Shown here: one piece after another, positions 29,007 to 39,101 of the stretch | How positions within the stretch are numbered: position 1 is the stretch's first letter | How the letters are laid out: the number at the start of each line of letters is the position of its first letter | NCBI GenBank assembly: GCA_963799485.1 | Contig: CAWCXJ010000001.1 | Span: forward strand, 212,573 to 276,572 | DNA length: 64,000 bases | DNA from: an uncultured Trueperaceae bacterium | Lineage (GTDB): Bacteria > Deinococcota > Deinococci > Deinococcales > Trueperaceae | Direction of reading: 5' to 3' | The notes under the pieces: generated by a model | Told to the model about the DNA's origin: nothing | What the model saw: only the letters and a program-made list of their open reading frames with translations | The model's database searches: none | Position numbers and translations under genes: made by a program

Positions 29007-29172
29007 TGCGTCATGCGGCTTTTGCTTGAAAACTTTGTAACCTCTTACAGCTGGACTTATGTTTGCTTGTCTAAGTATTTGCAACCGGGCTTTTTGCTGT
29101 CCTAGCTACCCGTAGCGTTAGTTTGCAGCTGTTCTCAGTTGAAGAGGTTTGCTCGAGCCTCATCCGAGCGTC

Positions 29173-30336
29173 CTAAACGTCGTCAACCCGGACCCACCGC
29201 TCCTCGTCGGCAGAAGTCAGCGCCGCCGCGATGACCTGATTGACCTTCACCCCGTCCCTAAAGTCCGGCTGAATAGGCGTGTCGTTGGCGATACCGTAAA
29301 GCAGCTCGTAAATCTCGATGACCTTCATGTCGCCAAACCCCAGACCGCACCCGGCGACAGGCCAAAAACTGCTGTAGTAAGGGTGTCGCGGGCCGGTATG
29401 GACGGTTCTAAACCCCTGTGTGCCTTCGGGGTCGTTCGAAAAATAGACGCTCAGCTCGTTCATCCGTTCGTGTTCGAACCGTAACGAGCCCTTGCTGCCG
29501 TTGATTTCATACGCCAGGTAGACCTTGCGGCCTTGGGCGACGCGGCTCGACTCGAGCGTCCCTGTCGCACCGTTTTTGAACTTGACGAGCATCTGTACGG
29601 CGTCGTCGTTTTCGACGCTGCGTTTAGGGGCGTCCGCGTCGGCTTTGCCGTCATACCCGTAAGCGCCCGTCGCAACGGGGCGTTCTTTGATAAACGTTTC
29701 GGTGAGTGCCGACACCTTATCGATGTCCCCGACGAGCGACAGGGCGACCGCGATGATATGCGCGCCCAAATCGCCCAGCGCACCCGAACCCGCAATCTCT
29801 CGTTCAAAACGCCACGAGAACGGCAGTCTGGGGTCAGCCAAAACGTCCTGATTGAAGTAACCCTTGAAGTGCCACACATTCCCGAGTTTGCCCGCTTCGA
29901 TGAGCTGTTTGGCTGCCAAGGTCGCCGGACTTTTAAGGTAGTTAAAGCCTACCATCGTCCGCACACCGGCCTTTTCAGCAGCGTCTAACATCGCCCGCGC
30001 GTCCCCCAGCGTCACCGCCAGGGGTTTTTCGCAGTAGATGTGTTTGCCTGCCTTAGCCGCCGCAACCGCAATGTCTTTATGAACGTGGTTGGGCGCGGTG
30101 ATGTCGATGATGTCCACTTCCGGGTGGTTGACGACCGCCTCCCACCCCACCGCGTAGTCTTCGAAGCCGAAATCGTGCGCGGCCCGTTTTGCCAATTCCT
30201 CCGAAACGTCGCCGAGCAGCCGTAAACGGGGGTAGGCGGGGAGCGGACTGAAGACTTTAGGCACGAGGTTGTAGGCCATGCTGTGACCTTTGCCCATAAA
30301 GCCGCTGCCGATAAGACCGATGTTGAGGGTTTTCAC
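29173..30336 (-). CDS. Gfo/Idh/MocA oxidoreductase, levoglucosan-dehydrogenase-like subfamily
   Basis: GSGFMGKGHS, CEKPLA, GSGALGDLGAH and GFRTVHTGPRHPY motifs; GGAG RBS before GTG. Confidence 0.85.
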   Translation of the reverse strand: MKTLNIGLIGSGFMGKGHSMAYNLVPKVFSPLPAYPRLRLLGDVSEELAKRAAHDFGFEDYAVGWEAVVNHPEVDIIDITAPNHVHKDIAVAAAKAGKHIYCEKPLAVTLGDARAMLDAAEKAGVRTMVGFNYLKSPATLAAKQLIEAGKLGNVWHFKGYFNQDVLADPRLPFSWRFEREIAGSGALGDLGAHIIAVALSLVGDIDKVSALTETFIKERPVATGAYGYDGKADADAPKRSVENDDAVQMLVKFKNGATGTLESSRVAQGRKVYLAYEINGSKGSLRFEHERMNELSVYFSNDPEGTQGFRTVHTGPRHPYYSSFWPVAGCGLGFGDMKVIEIYELLYGIANDTPIQPDFRDGVKVNQVIAAALTSADEERWVRVDDV

Positions 30337-30465
30337 GTTATCTCCAAGATAGTTATAAATACAGTCATGAGTTCTGAGCAATGAGTAAAGAGCTTTGATT
30401 TCCGCTCATTGCTCGCTAGGTGAAGCACACCGTGCTTTGAGCTTTACGCCGACCTGTACGTTTAG

Positions 30466-31449
30466 CTAAACGAGCCCGGTTCGCCGCCGTCCGAGACGGC
30501 CTGCGGCGTTGGCGATTAGACGGTTGGCGAGCGTTGCCGCGACCACGAGCAAACCGAGCAGCAAGATGTACCACTGCGAGTCGATACCTGCGACGATGAG
30601 GTAGCTCTGGATGCTCGTCAGGACGAACGCGCCCAGCACCGTTCCCCAAATAGAGGCGCGTCCGCCGCCCAGCACGCAGCCGCCCAAGACCGCCGCGGCA
30701 ATGGCCTCGAGTTCCATCAGCCGCCCGAAACTCCCCTCCGCCACCCCGATATTCGAGGCTTCCAAAAGACCGGCGAAGCCCGCCAAAACCGCGCTGGCGA
30801 CAAACGCGCCCAGCTTGATACGCCGGACGCCGACGCCGCGCGAGTGGGCGCTCGCTGCGTCGCCACCGACCGCCAGAAGACGGTTGCCGCCGGGCGTAAA
30901 GAGCAAGTAGAGATGAACGACCGTCGCCACGATGACGAGCCAGAGGACGGCGGTGCTGAGGCCGAATATACGCCCGCCGCCTAACAGCCCGTAAACAAAC
31001 GAGCTTCGCATGTCGCTGCCGGCGCTAAAAAAATAGCCGGATTCGGTGACAGCCAGCGCCACCCCGCGAAAGGTAAAGAGCGTGCCCAGCGTGACGACCA
31101 GCGAGGGAATGCGGAGGTAGCCGACCAGGTAGCCGTTAAGCGCGCCGATAGCGGCGGCGACCAGGAGCGCGAGCAGGGCGGCGACAGGTGTTCCTATCCG
31201 TTCGGCTGCGCCCAGGTAGGTAAAAGCCGCCATCGCAAAAACCGACCCCAGCGAGATGTCGATTTCGCCGACGGTAATGACCAGCGCGGCCCCGATGCCC
31301 ATAATCGCCAGGACGGACATAACCTGCAACACGGACTTGAGGTTGGCGACTGCCAGCCAGCCGCCGCCTGTGGTCGCGGCAAACAAGACCACGAGCAGCA
31401 CGGCGACGCTGAGGATGCCGACCTCGGGAAACCGCAGCAGCGCCCTCAC
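30466..31449 (-). CDS. Sugar ABC permease (RbsC type)
   Basis: GEIDISLGS and ELEAIAAAVLGG motifs. Confidence 0.92.
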   Translation of the reverse strand: MRALLRFPEVGILSVAVLLVVLFAATTGGGWLAVANLKSVLQVMSVLAIMGIGAALVITVGEIDISLGSVFAMAAFTYLGAAERIGTPVAALLALLVAAAIGALNGYLVGYLRIPSLVVTLGTLFTFRGVALAVTESGYFFSAGSDMRSSFVYGLLGGGRIFGLSTAVLWLVIVATVVHLYLLFTPGGNRLLAVGGDAASAHSRGVGVRRIKLGAFVASAVLAGFAGLLEASNIGVAEGSFGRLMELEAIAAAVLGGCVLGGGRASIWGTVLGAFVLTSIQSYLIVAGIDSQWYILLLGLLVVAATLANRLIANAAGRLGRRRTGLV

Positions 31450-32276
31450 GCCGCCTCGACCACGCGACCGCCGTCGCGGATGACGCGCTCGAGTTCTTCT
31501 GCCGACATCTCGCCCTTAGGCACGTCGATGACCTTTTGCCCGTTTTCCATAATCACGATGCGGTCGGCCAGCCGGTGAATCTGAAAGATGTCGTGGGTGA
31601 TGTAGATAACCAAAAGCCCCTGCTCTTTAAGCTGAAGCGCCAAATCGTTGACGTGCTGCCGCTCGCGTACCGAGAGGTGGTTGGTCGGCTCGTCTAAAAT
31701 CATGATGCGGTTACGAAAATCCACCGCCCGCCCAATCTTAAATGATTGCCGCTCACCGCCTGAAAGCATGGCGATTTCATCGTCTACGTCTACATGGTCG
31801 CGCAGCCCGAAGCTGCGGATGACCTTGCGGCTCGAGTCCCGCATCTTCCCAAAGTCCAAAAAGGGGATGCCCAGTATCTTCTTGGTCGGTTCACGCCCCA
31901 AAAAGTAGTTCCGCGCGACCGAGAGGTTGCCGCACACGCCTACGGACTGCTGGATGGTCTCGATGCCTAGGTCGATAGCTTGCCTGGGGTGAAAGTTTCT
32001 CAGGCGTTTGCCGTCTACGATGACCTCGCCCTGCGTGGGGCTGTGGATACCGCAGAGGATGTTGATCAGGCTCGTTTTGCCCGCGCCGTTGTCCCCGACC
32101 AAACCGACCAGCTCGCCGGGGTAAAAGTCCACGCTGACATCTCTTAGCACGTCGAACTGACCGAAGCGGAGGTGGATGTTTTTCATCTGAATAAGGGGCT
32201 GGGCGCCGGTTTGCTTGCTGGCTGGGGTTCTAGGTGTGCCCGGTTGGGTACCAGGTATGTCTGCCACGCCGTTCAC
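31446..32276 (-). CDS. Sugar ABC ATP-binding protein (single NBD)
   Basis: GDNGAGKT, LSGGERQ and ILDEPT motifs. Confidence 0.93.
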   Translation of the reverse strand: MNGVADIPGTQPGTPRTPASKQTGAQPLIQMKNIHLRFGQFDVLRDVSVDFYPGELVGLVGDNGAGKTSLINILCGIHSPTQGEVIVDGKRLRNFHPRQAIDLGIETIQQSVGVCGNLSVARNYFLGREPTKKILGIPFLDFGKMRDSSRKVIRSFGLRDHVDVDDEIAMLSGGERQSFKIGRAVDFRNRIMILDEPTNHLSVRERQHVNDLALQLKEQGLLVIYITHDIFQIHRLADRIVIMENGQKVIDVPKGEMSAEELERVIRDGGRVVEAA

Positions 32277-32329
32277 CTTCTTTCTATCGAGTTTTTTCTG
32301 TTCGGGTCTTTTTGCTTAGTGCTTAGCTG

Positions 32330-33292
32330 TTATGTACTCAGGCCCGTGACGCGCCGGGTGATGGTGATGTTTAAGACCACGCCGACGACGAGGACTACGC
32401 CGACGAAACTCAGATACCACGAGGGCGGGATGCCGAGCGCGATAATCTCGTAGCGGACGCTCGTCAAAAAGAACGCACCTAAAACCGCGCCGACGACCGT
32501 TCCGCGTCCACCCGTGAGGGCGACCCCGCCGATGACGGCGGCGGCGATAGCCTCGAGTTCCAGGTCGCTGCCCAGCGTGACGTGCGTGCGCGGCGAGTCC
32601 GCCAGCGTCAGGATTGAGGCAAAACCCGCCAGCGTGGAGGTTGCCACAAAAGCGAGCGTTTTAACGCGGGCTACGTCGATGCCCCTCGAGCGGGCGCTCG
32701 CTTCGTCGCCGCCGACCGCCAAGAGATGATTGCCGAAACGCGTCCGCGTCAGCAAGAGCGAAAAGACGACTAGAATGATAATGAGCCAGATTACGGCGTT
32801 TTCGACCGACAACCAGTTCGCGCCCAAGAGCTGCGTAAACCAGTGACTCCGTGCTTCACGGTCAAAGTTGGGCGCGTTGCCCCCGGTGGTGATGTAGATA
32901 AGCCCCCGGTAAAAAAAGAGTGCGCCGAGCGTGACGATTACCGAGCTGAGGCGTCCTTTAATGACCAAAAGCGCGTTGAGCAGGCCGATAGCGGCGGCGA
33001 TAGTCATCGCCAGAACAAACGAGCCGACCACGCCCAAAACCGGCTCGAGGCCGATAAAGACGATACCGACCACCCCGTACACCGAACCCACCGACAGGTC
33101 GATCTCCTTGCAGATAATCAGCAGTGCTTCGCCGATGGCGATAAACCCTAAGATGGCGGTAAACTGCAAAACATTGTTGAGCGTTCGCGCCTTTAGCCAG
33201 CTTCCCGGGTCGATAACAGAAAAGAGAACGAACAGGGCGATAACCCCGAGCAAAATAGGCGTTTCGCTCCGCTTAAACAAGTTGCGTAACAC
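32330..33292 (-). CDS. Sugar ABC permease (RbsC type)
   Basis: EIDLSVGS and ELEAIAAAVIGG motifs. Confidence 0.92.
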   Translation of the reverse strand: MLRNLFKRSETPILLGVIALFVLFSVIDPGSWLKARTLNNVLQFTAILGFIAIGEALLIICKEIDLSVGSVYGVVGIVFIGLEPVLGVVGSFVLAMTIAAAIGLLNALLVIKGRLSSVIVTLGALFFYRGLIYITTGGNAPNFDREARSHWFTQLLGANWLSVENAVIWLIIILVVFSLLLTRTRFGNHLLAVGGDEASARSRGIDVARVKTLAFVATSTLAGFASILTLADSPRTHVTLGSDLELEAIAAAVIGGVALTGGRGTVVGAVLGAFFLTSVRYEIIALGIPPSWYLSFVGVVLVVGVVLNITITRRVTGLST

Positions 33293-33431
33293 GCTGACCT
33301 CCTGAGCCTAACCTCACGTTTTAGGGGATGCGTCAATTGAGCCCGGTTCGGTTAAGGTCTGACTAAAGGTTTCTTAAACCCTCGAGCAACTAAAAGGTTT
33401 CGGGTGCAGCTTGAGAGCTGCACCTCTTGAT

Positions 33432-34451
33432 TTACCAGATGCTCTGGCTGTCGTATTCGCTGTCGCCGAAGAGCTTCCGCACGACCGCTTCAAAGGTCTG
33501 AGCGTTACTCTTGTCGATGATAACGGGGCCGGTGAGGATATCAGACTGCGGCACGTAACCGAATTCCTTGTTCCAGTAGAGCCACTCCATTGGGCTGTAG
33601 CCCTGAAGCCAAAAACCCTGGCTGTGGGTCGTCAAGAGGTAGCCCTGCTTGACCCCTTCAATCGATAAGGGGCTGTCGTCGACGCCCTGCAAGGTGAGGC
33701 CTTCCATATCTACGTCGGGGCTCAGGTCTAGGTCTGTCGCGACCTCGTAAACCCACGGGGTCGAGAAGGTGGTGACGTTGTAGATATAGTTGATATCGGT
33801 GTTGTTCGAGAGGTAAGCCTCGAGCAGGTTGCGGGCTCGAGCGGGTTCCGCCGTGACGTTAAACATCTCGCCTTCGACGCCCGCCTCCGACATCGCGTCG
33901 AGGTAGCCCGTGCAGCGGGCGTTGAGCCCCGCGTGTCCGGTATCGGGGTTCGCACACATCACGCGGGTCGGCGTCGGCACTTCGCCTGCTTTTGCGGCTG
34001 CGAGCGCATACTGAGCCGCCTGGTAGCCGTCTTGATAGAGGTCGCCGCCGACGTAGGTGAGGTACGGGATGCGCTCATCTTTAGGGCGCGTGTCGGCCCC
34101 GTTAAAGGCCACCACAGGGATACCGCTGTCGATAGCCTGGCGCAAGATGGGGTCTTCCGCTTCAGCGTTCAGAATCGGCACGGCGAGGCCGTCGGGGTTG
34201 GTGGCGATGGCCTGCTGGATGAGCTGGTAAAACTCTTGCAGGCTGTATTCGCCGCTCGGCGAGATGTACTCCACCTTGACATCCGGGTATTTCGCTTCAA
34301 AGTCCTTGATGGCGTTGGTCAACCAGAGCATGTTGGGGTCGCTCGGGCCGATGTGTGAGACCATCACGAAGCGGTACTTGGGTTCTTGAGCGAACGTTAC
34401 GCTCAGTAGCGCGGCTAATACGAGGGCAAGTAAAACGGTGAGCTTTTTCAT
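33432..34451 (-). CDS. Sugar/cyclitol ABC substrate-binding protein
   Basis: Signal peptide; periplasmic binding type I motifs (AIATNPDGL, GIPVVAFN). Confidence 0.9.
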   Translation of the reverse strand: MKKLTVLLALVLAALLSVTFAQEPKYRFVMVSHIGPSDPNMLWLTNAIKDFEAKYPDVKVEYISPSGEYSLQEFYQLIQQAIATNPDGLAVPILNAEAEDPILRQAIDSGIPVVAFNGADTRPKDERIPYLTYVGGDLYQDGYQAAQYALAAAKAGEVPTPTRVMCANPDTGHAGLNARCTGYLDAMSEAGVEGEMFNVTAEPARARNLLEAYLSNNTDINYIYNVTTFSTPWVYEVATDLDLSPDVDMEGLTLQGVDDSPLSIEGVKQGYLLTTHSQGFWLQGYSPMEWLYWNKEFGYVPQSDILTGPVIIDKSNAQTFEAVVRKLFGDSEYDSQSIW

Positions 34452-34510
34452 GATTCCTCCAGGGGGGTAGATAGATGTTTGCGGTTACGGGCCGAGTTGC
34501 TGTGTTCTAT

Positions 34511-35473
34511 TTAATGGGCCACCTCCTTTACGGCGTCACCGGCTAAATCACGGGCCAGGATGCGCCGCAACAGTCCTGCTGCTTCGCGGACGCCCGCTTC
34601 GGGTGTCAGGCTCAAATCTTCGTGTTCGATGCTCAGCACGTCGTCGTAACCCGCTTCGGTGAGCAAACGCACGAAGTCGCGCCAGAACGCGTCGGGTTGC
34701 CCGCGCCCGAGGGTGACGTAGTTCCACGAACGCGTCGCCACCTGCGCGTTAGGTTTGGTCTCGAGGAGCGTGTTGGGTCGGCGGTTATCTTCAAGCCGCG
34801 TGTCCTTGGCGTGGACGTGATAAATCGCCTCGGCGAGCGGGCGGATGGCTGTGAGCGGGTCGCCGCCCATCCACAGCATGTGGCTCGGGTCGAAGTTCAC
34901 CCCGACGCTCTCGCCTGCCGCGTCACGCAGCTTGAGCATCGTTTCGGTGTTGTAGACGAGCTGCTGCCCGTGCGGTTCGACGCATAGCCGCACCTCCAAG
35001 CCCGCTGCGTAGCGCGCCAGGTCTCGCCAGTAGGGGATAGCGACCTCTTCCCACTGATAGGTGAGAATTTCAGCGGTTTCGGGTGGCCACGCCACCGTGA
35101 CCCAGTTGGGGTAACGGTCGCCGGGCGCGGCGGGCAGCCCGGACATGAGGACGACGCGCCCTACCCCCAAAAGGTTGGCGAGCTTGATGGTCTTTCTGAC
35201 CGTCTCGTCGTGACGGCGGCCCGCTTCGCCGGAGGCGAGCTGGTTGCCCGAGCAGTTGAGGGCGCTGATGCTCAAGCTGTGGTCTGCTAGCTTGCTCGAG
35301 AACTCCCGCCGCGCCGCCGCGCGTTCCAAAAGGTCGTCCAAGCTGAGGTGCGGAGCCTGCGCCCAGTTGCCGGTGCCGAACTCGAGCCGCTCAATTCCCA
35401 ACTCGCCGACCGTTTCCAGTAGTTCATCAAAACTCAGCTGTGCCAGGCTTTCGGTAATCAGTCCGATGTTCAC
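34511..35473 (-). CDS. Sugar-phosphate isomerase/epimerase (xylose-isomerase-like TIM barrel)
   Basis: VEPH, NFDPSH, HVHAKD and SIEHED metal motifs. Confidence 0.88.
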   Translation of the reverse strand: MNIGLITESLAQLSFDELLETVGELGIERLEFGTGNWAQAPHLSLDDLLERAAARREFSSKLADHSLSISALNCSGNQLASGEAGRRHDETVRKTIKLANLLGVGRVVLMSGLPAAPGDRYPNWVTVAWPPETAEILTYQWEEVAIPYWRDLARYAAGLEVRLCVEPHGQQLVYNTETMLKLRDAAGESVGVNFDPSHMLWMGGDPLTAIRPLAEAIYHVHAKDTRLEDNRRPNTLLETKPNAQVATRSWNYVTLGRGQPDAFWRDFVRLLTEAGYDDVLSIEHEDLSLTPEAGVREAAGLLRRILARDLAGDAVKEVAH

Positions 35474-35498
35474 GCTTTACTCTCCTTTCCGTCGCCCC

Positions 35499-36518
35499 TC
35501 ACGCGCACGGCTCCCACTGTTCGACCGGGACGACTTGCTGCGTGTGCAACGACGTTACGGCGGCTTCGGCGATGAGCTGCGCTTTTAAGCCGTCGTCAAG
35601 CGAGGGTGAGGGTTTTACGCCCCCCTGCAACGCCGTAACGAAGGCGTCGATTTCGGTGTAAAAACTTCCCTCCATACGCTCGAACCAGCCCGCATACGTG
35701 CCCTGCTGAACGGCCTTGTCGCCGCCGTAACGTGTGACGTTAGCGGTGGGTTTGCGTTCGGAAATCACCAGTCCGTCGGAACCGAAGACCTCCAAGCGTT
35801 CGTCGTAGCCGTAGGCGGCGCGGCGGCTGCTGTCGATTGTGCAGATTGCGCCGCCTCTAAAGTTCAGCACTACCACCGACGTATCGATATCGCCCGCTGC
35901 GCCGATGGCCGGGTCGATGAGGCACGCGCCCTTGGCGTAAACCGAGTCAACTTCGTCGGCGGCCAACCAGCGGGCAAGGTCGAAGAAGTGAATGGTCTGG
36001 TCGCGAAGCTGTCCACCCGAAACCTTGACGTAGGCGATAGGCGGCGGGGTAGGGCCGCGCGTGGTGAGGTGCATCAGCTCGACCTTGCCGACCTCGCCAC
36101 ACTGCACCGCGTCGTGCAAAAGTTTGTGGTTCGTGTCAAAACGGCGGCTGAACCCGATGCTGATGGGAATGCCTGCTCGTGTCACTTTACTCACGACCGC
36201 TTTGACACGCGCTAAATCCAGGTCGATGGGTTTTTCGCAGAGGACCGCCTTGCCCGCGTCTGCGGCTTGGGCGAGCAAATCGGCGTGGGTGTTCGTCGAA
36301 GAGGCGATAAGTACGGCGTCTACGTCCGAGTTCCAGATTTCATCCGGAGCGGCGGCTACTCTACAACCGAACGTGCTTGCCGCCTTCGCCGCCGTTTCCG
36401 CGTGCGCGTCGTACACGTAAACGAGTTCGGCATCCGGGTGCTTGGTGAGGTTGCCTGCGTGGACGGTGCCGATAAAGCCTGCGCCGAAAAGTCCGAACTT
36501 AATGCTGGGATTAGTCAT
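35499..36518 (-). CDS. Inositol 2-dehydrogenase-like Gfo/Idh/MocA oxidoreductase
   Basis: [30 protein letters not shown] and YGYDERLE motifs, as in IolG-like enzymes. Confidence 0.85.
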   Translation of the reverse strand: MTNPSIKFGLFGAGFIGTVHAGNLTKHPDAELVYVYDAHAETAAKAASTFGCRVAAAPDEIWNSDVDAVLIASSTNTHADLLAQAADAGKAVLCEKPIDLDLARVKAVVSKVTRAGIPISIGFSRRFDTNHKLLHDAVQCGEVGKVELMHLTTRGPTPPPIAYVKVSGGQLRDQTIHFFDLARWLAADEVDSVYAKGACLIDPAIGAAGDIDTSVVVLNFRGGAICTIDSSRRAAYGYDERLEVFGSDGLVISERKPTANVTRYGGDKAVQQGTYAGWFERMEGSFYTEIDAFVTALQGGVKPSPSLDDGLKAQLIAEAAVTSLHTQQVVPVEQWEPCA

Positions 36519-37719
36519 GTGCTGCCCTTTCAAACGAGATGCTCGAGTCCGTCCACGCGCCGCCCCGTTCGTGCGACGCCACCGCCGCCTCGACAAATTT
36601 CACGCCCCGCACGCCGTCTTCGACGGTGGGAAAGTCGAGCGCCAGCGGGTCGGCGGGAATCCCGTAACGCCGCGCGACAACCGTGTCGGCGATGTCCGTG
36701 TAGAGGTTGGCGAACGCCTCGAAAAAGCCCTCCGCGTGACCGGGGCCGGTGCGGGTGGCGCGCTTTGCTGCCGCCGAGAGGTAGCTCGAGCCGCGTCCGA
36801 GGCGTTGCGGCGGGCCGCCCTGTGGCCTCAGCGTCAGGTAGTTGGGGTCTTCGTGCTGCCACTCGAGACTCGCCTCACTGCCGTAAACGCGGATTCTGAG
36901 CCCGTGTTCGTGTCCGGTCGCCGCCATGCTGACCCACATAAAGCCTTTGACCCCGCCTTCAAAATGCAGCTTGAGATGCGCGTTGTCGTCCGCCTGCCGC
37001 CCCGGTACAAGCGTCATCAGCTCCGCTGAGACCTCGAGCAGCTCGAGCCCGCCGACAAACCGCGCGAGCTGATGGGCGTGCGTGCCCAAATCACCGACCA
37101 CGCTCGACTTCCCGGCATAAACCGGGTCGGTCCGCCACGACGCCTGCTTGTGTCCGTCCGCCTCCAACAGCGTCGCCGCCCAACCCGAGGCGTGTTCGAC
37201 CTGGATAAGGCGGAGAGAACCCAACGCGCCGTTTTTGACCATAGCCCGTGCGTGACGCACCATCGGGTAGCCGCTGTAGTTGTGCGTCACCCCGAAGACG
37301 AGGCCGCGCGCCTGAGCGACTTCCCGAAGTTTTAACGCCTCTTTAAGCGAGTTCGTCAGCGGTTTGTCGCAAATCACGTCGAAACCGTACTCGAGTGCGC
37401 CCAGCGCCATCTCGTAGTGAAGGTGGTTCGGCGTGAGGATGCTCACGACCTCCGCGCCGCCCTCGCGTTCACGCTCAGCCGCAAGCATCGTCCGCCAGTC
37501 GTGATAGGCCCGTTCCGGTGCGACGCCGAACCGCTGCGCGGCCCGTTGGCTGCGTTCTGATTGCGACGAAAACACACCCGCAACGAGTTCGAAACGGTTA
37601 TCAAACCGCGCGGCATATCTGTGCGTTTCGCCGATGTTGGAGTCTAAACCGCCACCAATCATGGCAAGCCTGAGCTTTGGCGGCACATGTGTACCGACAT
37701 GTGTGTCTAAAAGCTGCAC
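36511..37719 (-). CDS. Gfo/Idh/MocA oxidoreductase
   Basis: MIGGG..IG..H, TPNHLH, CDKPL, GDLGTH and [14 protein letters not shown] motifs. Confidence 0.9.
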   Translation of the reverse strand: MQLLDTHVGTHVPPKLRLAMIGGGLDSNIGETHRYAARFDNRFELVAGVFSSQSERSQRAAQRFGVAPERAYHDWRTMLAAEREREGGAEVVSILTPNHLHYEMALGALEYGFDVICDKPLTNSLKEALKLREVAQARGLVFGVTHNYSGYPMVRHARAMVKNGALGSLRLIQVEHASGWAATLLEADGHKQASWRTDPVYAGKSSVVGDLGTHAHQLARFVGGLELLEVSAELMTLVPGRQADDNAHLKLHFEGGVKGFMWVSMAATGHEHGLRIRVYGSEASLEWQHEDPNYLTLRPQGGPPQRLGRGSSYLSAAAKRATRTGPGHAEGFFEAFANLYTDIADTVVARRYGIPADPLALDFPTVEDGVRGVKFVEAAVASHERGGAWTDSSISFERAAHD

Positions 37720-37855
37720 GAAACCCTCTTTCCAAACGTGTTTACACGGGCAATATTGTGTTTTTCGTCCCGTTTAGTATAGCCAGCCGGACGCTTGAAA
37801 GAAATGACTGAAAGTGTCAAAATGTGTCTCAAATTATCTTTAGAAGGATGGTCTT

Positions 37856-38704
37856 ATGGCTTTTAGCCCGTCAGCCGTGATCGATCTGGGGTCGATATGG
37901 TTCGAGGAGAGCAGTGTCGGCTCGACCCTTTACCCGCCTGGTAGCACGCTCGGGCCGAGGATTCAGGCGTATGTTCAGCTCGTGTTTTTGCACTTCGGGA
38001 CGCTTACCGTAAATGTGGACGGTACCAAGCAGGCGCTCAAGGCCGATACGGTGGGGCTCCTCTTGCCGGGACACGAAGAATATTTCGAGTTCGCCAGAAC
38101 CACCGAGACGCTTCACAGCTACGTGCATATTCGCCCGGACACGCTGGCTCCCGAGGTGCAGCGGCGGCTTACGACCCTGCCCCGGGTGCTGCCGCTCTCG
38201 AGGGCGTTAGAAAACCTTATCCATCAGGCGACGACCGCGCCCCTCAGTGTGCTGCCGACCCGCAACAAGATTTTCGAGGCGCTGGCCTTGCAGATGCTCT
38301 GGCACTATATCGGCGAAGCGGAAGCGCTCGGCGCGCACGAGGCCGACGACACCTACCGGCGTGTCCCCAAAGCGCAACTCTTCATTCACGATCACCTCGC
38401 CGAAGCGCTCGATTTGGAACGTATTGCCCGGGCGGTGCGGCTCAGCAAACCGCAATTAACGAGGATATTTAAGCGGGAGCTGGGCGTGACGCCGATGGTG
38501 TATGTGTGGCAGCGCCGGACGGCGGCGGCGACCGAACTCTTAAAACACAGCGGCCTCAGTATCGACGCGATTAGCGAACGCTGCGGGTTTGCCAGCCGTT
38601 ATCACCTCTCGAGGCGCGTCAAAGAAGCTGCCGGGATGTCGCCGGGGGTCTTGCGGCGCAGCTACTGGCGGGCGCAGCACACACCGTTTGCGCTCGAGCG
38701 GTAA
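37856..38704 (+). CDS. AraC-family regulator, divergent from the sugar cluster
   Basis: Cupin N-terminus; double HTH (LTRIFKRELGVTP, CGFAS). Confidence 0.9.
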   Translation: MAFSPSAVIDLGSIWFEESSVGSTLYPPGSTLGPRIQAYVQLVFLHFGTLTVNVDGTKQALKADTVGLLLPGHEEYFEFARTTETLHSYVHIRPDTLAPEVQRRLTTLPRVLPLSRALENLIHQATTAPLSVLPTRNKIFEALALQMLWHYIGEAEALGAHEADDTYRRVPKAQLFIHDHLAEALDLERIARAVRLSKPQLTRIFKRELGVTPMVYVWQRRTAAATELLKHSGLSIDAISERCGFASRYHLSRRVKEAAGMSPGVLRRSYWRAQHTPFALER

Positions 38705-38712
38705 AAACACTC

Positions 38713-39101
38713 GGTAGTGGCCCATTAACGAATGCTCGAAGCCCGCTCTAAGTTGTAGCGGTGCAAGAAGAGGTGTAAGCAAATGAGGTGCATTTCATCG
38801 GACTTGGAGAAAGACAGGGTTTTTCTAACGAAGCGACTAAGCCGTTGCCTAAGAGTACAGTTGAAACGCTCAAGGTGGTTGGTCAAACCCGTGCCTTTGC
38901 CAACGGCCTGATGGCGCTCTTTGGGGAGAACAAGTTGGTAGGCTTTGCAAAAATCGCTGTAGCAGCTGCCCTGCTGGTAAGATTTAGGTACCGAACGCCA
39001 TAACTGTTTGCACGTTGCCTCACCGCGTCCACCCACAACGCACGCGACAACTTGCCGTGTCCGTTTGCAAAGAGCGAACCAGACCCAGCGTTTGTTGCGT
39101 T
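38713..39101 (-). mobile_element. IS1-family remnant (C-terminal InsB and one end)
   Basis: WVWFAL, YSDF..AY and TNHLERFNCTLRQRLSRFVRKTLSFSK motifs; GGTAGTG end at 38713; cut by IS1595. Confidence 0.85.
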
